Shown here: positions 17,205 through 21,476 of the stretch, one piece after another
Layout of the letters: every line of letters starts with the position of its first letter
How positions within the stretch are numbered: the stretch's first letter is position 1
IMG/VR virus record: IMGVR_UViG_648276645_000003
Coordinates: 1-21,476 of that record
Reading direction: 5' to 3' (one strand)
DNA length: 21,476 nucleotides
Source: a virus
Lineage: Duplodnaviria > Heunggongvirae > Uroviricota > Caudoviricetes
The notes under the pieces: generated by a model
Databases searched by the model: none
Seen by the model: the letters and a program-made list of their open reading frames with translations, nothing else
What the model was told of the DNA's origin: nothing
Made by a program: the position numbers and the translations under genes

Positions 17205-17588
17205 ATTCTGAACCCTAAAAAAGAAACACGGACACTGATAATGCCCGTGTGGCAATGCCATGTAAGTTAGCGATGAATATGGCGCAAAAAAAAGCGCGGC
17301 CGTCGGATTAACGCCGCGGGACAAAGTCCATGAAGACTCATAAGTATTGGCCCCCTTCTGGGGACATGTTCATACTACTAAGCTTCAGAAGTGGTTTAAA
17401 TCATCAAATTAACCTTAATTTTCGATAAGTCTTATTTCATTTCTTTGCGCCACATCTGGCGCGCATCAAATAACGCCACGCAAAGGGCATCTGCGGATGC
17501 CGGTGCTTTTGACGGGGTGTTTTTTACGGGCCGCTGGTGGCCATTTTTTGTTTCCATTACACAGGCCCGCATCTGCGAGGTGGGGGTT

Positions 17589-17804
17589 ATGAAATCCATG
17601 GATAAGTTAACAACGGGTGTCGCCTATGGCACCTCCGCAGGCAGTGCTGGCTACTGGTTTTTACAGTTGCTCGATAGAGTAACTCCGTCACAGTGGGCTG
17701 CAATCGGTGTGCTGGGTAGTCTGGTTTTTGGCCTGCTGACGTACCTGACAAACCTTTATTTCAAGATTAAAGAAGATAAGCGCAAGGCTGCGAGAGGTGA
17801 ATAA
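17589..17804 (+). CDS. Pinholin, phage 21 S-type (dual-start holin/antiholin)
   Basis: 71 aa from [31 protein letters not shown]...; two start Mets (M1, M4) as in S21; two hydrophobic segments; GAGGTGGGGG RBS; longest ORF begins at 17445. Confidence 0.85.
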   Translation: MKSMDKLTTGVAYGTSAGSAGYWFLQLLDRVTPSQWAAIGVLGSLVFGLLTYLTNLYFKIKEDKRKAARGE

Positions 17805-18301
17805 TGCCTCCATCATTACGAAAAGCCGTTGCTGCTGCTATTGGTGGCGGAGCAATTGCTATAGCATCGGTGTTAATCACTGGCCCAAGTGGTAACGATG
17901 GTCTGGAAGGTGTCAGCTACATACCATACAAAGATATTGTTGGTGTATGGACTGTATGTCACGGGCATACAGGAAAAGACATCATGCTCGGTAAAACGTA
18001 TACCAAAGCAGAATGCAATGCACTCTTGAATAAAGACCTTGCCACTGTCGCCAGACAAATTAACCCGTACATCAAAGTCGATATACCGGAAACAACGCGC
18101 GGCGCTCTTTACTCATTCGTTTACAACGTGGGTGCTGGCAATTTCAGAACATCGACGCTTCTTCGCAAAATAAACCAGGGCGATATCAAAGGCGCATGTG
18201 ATCAGCTACGTCGCTGGACATATGCTGGCGGTAAGCAATGGAAAGGTCTCATGACTCGTCGTGAGATTGAGCGTGAAATCTGTTTGTGGGGTCAGCAATG
18301 A
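17804..18301 (+). CDS. SAR endolysin (lysozyme with N-terminal signal-anchor-release domain)
   Basis: TAATG overlap with the holin stop; N-terminal Gly/Ala-rich weakly hydrophobic segment [20 protein letters not shown]; lysozyme-like core with E...D...T spacing as in phage 21 R. Confidence 0.85.
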   Translation: MPPSLRKAVAAAIGGGAIAIASVLITGPSGNDGLEGVSYIPYKDIVGVWTVCHGHTGKDIMLGKTYTKAECNALLNKDLATVARQINPYIKVDIPETTRGALYSFVYNVGAGNFRTSTLLRKINQGDIKGACDQLRRWTYAGGKQWKGLMTRREIEREICLWGQQ

Positions 18302-18762
18302 ACAGAGTAACCGCGATTATCTCCGCTCTGGTTATCTGCATCATCGTCTGCCTGTCATGGGCTGTTAATCATTACCGTGATAACGCCATTGCCTACAAAG
18401 CCCAGCGCGACAAAAATGCCAGAGAACTGAAGCTGGCGAACGCGGCAATTACTGACATGCAGATGCGTCAGCGTGATGTTGCTGCGCTCGATGCAAAATA
18501 CACGAAGGAGTTAGCTGATGCGAAAGCTGAAAATGATGCTCTGCGTGATGATGTTGCCGCTGGTCGTCGTCGGTTGCACATCAAAGCAGTCTGTCAGTCA
18601 GTGCGTGAAGCCACCACCGCCTCCGGCGTGGATAATGCAGCCTCCCCCCGACTGGCAGACACCGCTGAACGGGATTATTTCACCCTCCGGGAACGACTGG
18701 TAATGATGCAGGCCCAACTTGAAGGTGCTCAGCAATACATAACCGAACAGTGTTTAAAGTAA
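18298..18762 (+). CDS. Rz i-spanin
   Basis: ATGA overlap with the endolysin stop; N-terminal transmembrane segment [17 protein letters not shown]; coiled-coil-like remainder; contains the embedded Rz1 frame; longest ORF begins at 18286. Confidence 0.85.
   Translation: MNRVTAIISALVICIIVCLSWAVNHYRDNAIAYKAQRDKNARELKLANAAITDMQMRQRDVAALDAKYTKELADAKAENDALRDDVAAGRRRLHIKAVCQSVREATTASGVDNAASPRLADTAERDYFTLRERLVMMQAQLEGAQQYITEQCLK
18518..18703 (+). CDS. Rz1 o-spanin (outer-membrane lipoprotein) embedded in Rz
   Basis: 61-aa ORF in an alternate frame inside Rz; lipoprotein signal peptide with lipobox VVGC; proline-rich mature part ([17 protein letters not shown]). Confidence 0.8.
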   Translation: MRKLKMMLCVMMLPLVVVGCTSKQSVSQCVKPPPPPAWIMQPPPDWQTPLNGIISPSGNDW

Positions 18763-18899
18763 AATCTTAACTACAATATGATTCATTTTGATGATTGTTT
18801 CATAAGGAACAGTGAAGTAAGATCTAAGAGGGGTTAAATTTTATACAGTATAATCATAATATTGCAGCAAGGTGGTTATAATTGAAAGAATATTTAGAT

Positions 18900-20357
18900 A
18901 TGAATACATCTCATGTAAGAGTTGTTACTCATATGTGTGGGTTCCTGGTTTGGCTCTATAGTCTTTCAATGTTGCCACCAATGGTTGTAGCATTGTTTTA
19001 TAAAGAAAAAAGCCTGTTCGTTTTCTTTATAACTTTCGTTATATTTTTTTGCATTGGTGGCGGAGCGTGGTATACAACTAAGAAATCTGGCATTCAATTA
19101 CGTACCCGTGATGGGTTTATTATAATTGTAATGTTTTGGATTTTGTTTTCTGTTATTAGTGCATTCCCTTTATGGATTGACTCAGAACTTAATTTAACGT
19201 TCATTGATGCTCTGTTTGAAGGGGTTTCTGGAATAACAACAACAGGAGCAACTGTAATTGATGATGTTAGTTCATTACCTCGGGCATATTTGTACTATCG
19301 GTCACAGTTAAATTTTATAGGTGGTTTAGGAGTTATTGTTCTGGCGGTTGCTGTATTGCCATTATTGGGTATTGGTGGTGCAAAGCTTTATCAGTCAGAA
19401 ATGCCGGGGCCATTTAAGGATGACAAACTCACTCCCCGCCTGGCCGATACGTCACGGACACTGTGGATAACTTATTCTTTATTAGGTATTGCTTGTATTG
19501 TCTGTTATAGACTTGCAGGAATGCCTTTGTTTGATGCTATTTGTCACGGGATTTCCACAGTTTCGCTTGGTGGTTTCTCAACTCATAGCGAGAGTATCGG
19601 ATATTTTAATAACTATTTGGTTGAGCTGGTGGCTGGTTCTTTTTCCCTGCTATCGGCTTTCAACTTCACTCTTTGGTATATTGTTATTAGCAGGAAAACG
19701 ATAAAACCTTTAATCAGAGATATTGAACTTCGTTTCTTTCTGTTAATAGCCTTAGGGGTGATCATTGTTACCTCTTTCCAGGTCTGGCATATAGGTATGT
19801 ATGACTTGCATGGAAGTTTTATTCATTCGTTTTTTCTTGCCAGCTCCATGCTCACTGATAATGGTTTAGCTACGCAGGATTATGCAAACTGGCCCACGCA
19901 CACGATAGTGTTTTTGCTGTCGTCAAGTTTCTTTGGGGGATGTATAGGTTCAACTTGTGGTGGAATTAAGTCACTTCGATTTCTTATACTTTTCAAACAA
20001 AGCAAACACGAGATAAATCAGCTTTCTCATCCCAGAGCGTTGTTGAGTGTAAATGTAGGAGGGAAGATAGTTACAGATCGTGTAATGAGGTCTGTATGGA
20101 GTTTCTTTTTTCTTTATACTCTCTTCACGGTGTTTTTTATACTGGTGTTAAATGGTATGGGATATGATTTTCTTACATCATTTGCAACAGTGGCTGCATG
20201 TATTAATAATATGGGATTAGGTTTTGGGGCTACTGCATCGTCATTCGGAGTGCTTAATGACATTGCAAAATATTTAATGTGCATAGCTATGATTCTTGGT
20301 CGCCTTGAAATTTATCCTGTTATTATATTGTTTTCAGGTTTTTTTTGGCGCTCCTAA
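18900..20357 (+). CDS. trkG: Trk-system potassium uptake membrane protein TrkG
   Basis: 485 aa from ATG at 18900 (MNTSHVRVVTHMCGFLVWLYSLSMLPP...), matching my recall of Rac TrkG; multi-pass membrane protein; AT-rich (~35% GC); longest ORF begins at a TTG at 18882. Confidence 0.9.
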   Translation: MNTSHVRVVTHMCGFLVWLYSLSMLPPMVVALFYKEKSLFVFFITFVIFFCIGGGAWYTTKKSGIQLRTRDGFIIIVMFWILFSVISAFPLWIDSELNLTFIDALFEGVSGITTTGATVIDDVSSLPRAYLYYRSQLNFIGGLGVIVLAVAVLPLLGIGGAKLYQSEMPGPFKDDKLTPRLADTSRTLWITYSLLGIACIVCYRLAGMPLFDAICHGISTVSLGGFSTHSESIGYFNNYLVELVAGSFSLLSAFNFTLWYIVISRKTIKPLIRDIELRFFLLIALGVIIVTSFQVWHIGMYDLHGSFIHSFFLASSMLTDNGLATQDYANWPTHTIVFLLSSSFFGGCIGSTCGGIKSLRFLILFKQSKHEINQLSHPRALLSVNVGGKIVTDRVMRSVWSFFFLYTLFTVFFILVLNGMGYDFLTSFATVAACINNMGLGFGATASSFGVLNDIAKYLMCIAMILGRLEIYPVIILFSGFFWRS

Positions 20358-20494
20358 TATATGGCTGATTTATAATTGTGAGTTTAATATTATATTGACT
20401 CACTCATTGATCCAATACCTAACTTTACCAGCAACACCTCCGCCCCCAGTAGCACTGGCTGCTGGGGTGCGTTTTATTCATAAAGCAAGGCTGT

Positions 20495-20983
20495 ATGAGC
20501 GAGAAATTAAAGATAGTCTATCGCCCATTACAAGAATTGTCACCGTATGCGCACAACGCCAGGACGCACAGTACTGAGCAGGTGGCACAACTGGTAGAAA
20601 GTATTAAGCAATTCGGCTGGACTAATCCGGTGCTGATTGACGAAAAGGGCGAAATTATTGCGGGTTACGGTCGTGTTATGGCGGCTGAAATGCTCAAAAT
20701 GGATTCTGTTCCGGTCATTGTTCTGTCTGGCCTGACGGATGAGCAGAAAAAGGCGTACCGCCTGGCAGATAATCGCCTGCCGATGAATGCTGGCTGGGAT
20801 GAAGATCTGTTGCGGATGGAGCTGTCGGACCTAATCAATGCTGATTTTGATGTCTCCCTGACAGGCTTCATCCCGACAGAAATTGATGAACTGTTGACGG
20901 ATGTTTTGCCCGGTACAGGAAATGAGGAGGACGGCAACAGAGCTTGTGGAGGACTCGCAGGCCATTGCCCGTTACGGTCGTAA
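20495..20983 (+). CDS. ParB-like nuclease-domain protein (YnaK-like), truncated by a deletion junction near 20928
   Basis: N-terminal ParB-like region (LQELSPYAHNARTHSTEQVAQLVESIKQFGWTNPVLIDEKGEIIAGYGRV); the last ~18 codons are out-of-frame read-through of J-like sequence. Confidence 0.7.
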   Translation: MSEKLKIVYRPLQELSPYAHNARTHSTEQVAQLVESIKQFGWTNPVLIDEKGEIIAGYGRVMAAEMLKMDSVPVIVLSGLTDEQKKAYRLADNRLPMNAGWDEDLLRMELSDLINADFDVSLTGFIPTEIDELLTDVLPGTGNEEDGNRACGGLAGHCPLRS

Positions 20984-21476
20984 CGTCACGAAGATGGATG
21001 CGTTTGGCTGTACCAGTCGGGGGCAGGCGCACCGCGCCGGGCTGTGGCTGATTAAAACAGAACTGCTGGAAACGCAGACCGTGGACTTCAGCGTGGGTGC
21101 CGAAGGGCTTCGCCATGTACCGGGCGATGTCATTGAAATCTGCGATGATGACTATGCCGGTATCAGCACCGGCGGGCGCGTGCTGGCGGTGAACAGCCAG
21201 ACCCGGACGCTGACGCTCGACCGTGAAATCACGCAGCCATCCTCCGGCACCACGCTGATAAGCCTGGTTGACGGAAGTGGCAATCCGGTCAGCGTGGAGG
21301 TCCAGTCCGTCACCGACGGCGTGAAGGTGAAAGTGAGCCGGGTTCCTGACGGCGTTGCCGAGTACAGCGTGTGGGGGCTGAAGCTGCCGACGCTGCGCCA
21401 GCGCCTGTTCCGCTGTGTGAGTATCCGTGAGAACGACGACGGTACGTATGCCATCACGCCGTGCAGCATGTACCGG
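20931..21476 (+). pseudogene. Internal fragment of lambda-J-like tail fibre / host-specificity gene (runs off the window)
   Basis: Frame-0 translation TATELVEDSQAIARYGRNVTKMDAFGCTSRGQAHRAGLWLIKTELLETQTVDFSVGAEGLRHVPGDVIEICDDDYAGISTGG... matches my recall of an internal region of lambda J; no start codon; GC-rich. Confidence 0.85.

Noticed and set aside
16924-17211. 95-aa plus-strand ORF between the tRNA cluster and the terminator
   Set aside because: TTG start with no RBS, hydrophobic low-complexity translation, and it reads through the terminator hairpin at 17180-17204
17445-17588. N-terminal extension of the holin ORF (119-aa version)
   Set aside because: The ATG at 17589 has a strong RBS and gives the 71-aa phage-21-type pinholin with its dual-start motif; the extension has neither RBS nor similarity

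Overview
The window reads as a Rac-like defective lambdoid prophage of an Escherichia-type genome, with one clearly foreign island inside it. Left to right: integrase and excisionase (minus strand), ydaC and ralR, the RecE/RecT recombination module, racC-ydaE-kilR, sieB, two tiny minus-strand genes, an immunity region (divergent HTH repressor and Cro-like gene around a perfect 15-bp palindrome), YdaT-like and YdaU-like genes, a DnaC-like replication gene, a nin-like region ending in a Q-like antiterminator, a tRNA cluster (tRNA-Thr, tRNA-Gly and a third tRNA-like cloverleaf), a phage-21-type lysis cassette (dual-start pinholin, SAR endolysin, Rz with embedded Rz1), the AT-rich trkG moron, and a ParB-like gene truncated by a deletion that fuses it to an internal fragment of a lambda-J-like tail gene that runs off the window. 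No head or tail morphogenesis genes are present. The main candidate for an undescribed system is a ~4-kb AT-rich island (about 10950-14950) between the replication and nin modules. It carries a translationally coupled operon of a classical AAA+ ATPase (with a C-terminal HTH-like tail) and a large cytoplasmic subtilisin-like (S8) serine protease with unassigned N- and C-terminal domains, preceded by an iteron-like repeat array and followed by a terminator, an inverted repeat and a small ORF whose RBS sits in a hairpin. I read it as a probable anti-phage or abortive-infection module; the architecture resembles ATPase plus subtilase pairs I recall being reported as IetAS, but I could not verify homology. 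All gene identities rest on reading the translations and on recall of Rac/lambda/phage 21 proteins; no database search was run.
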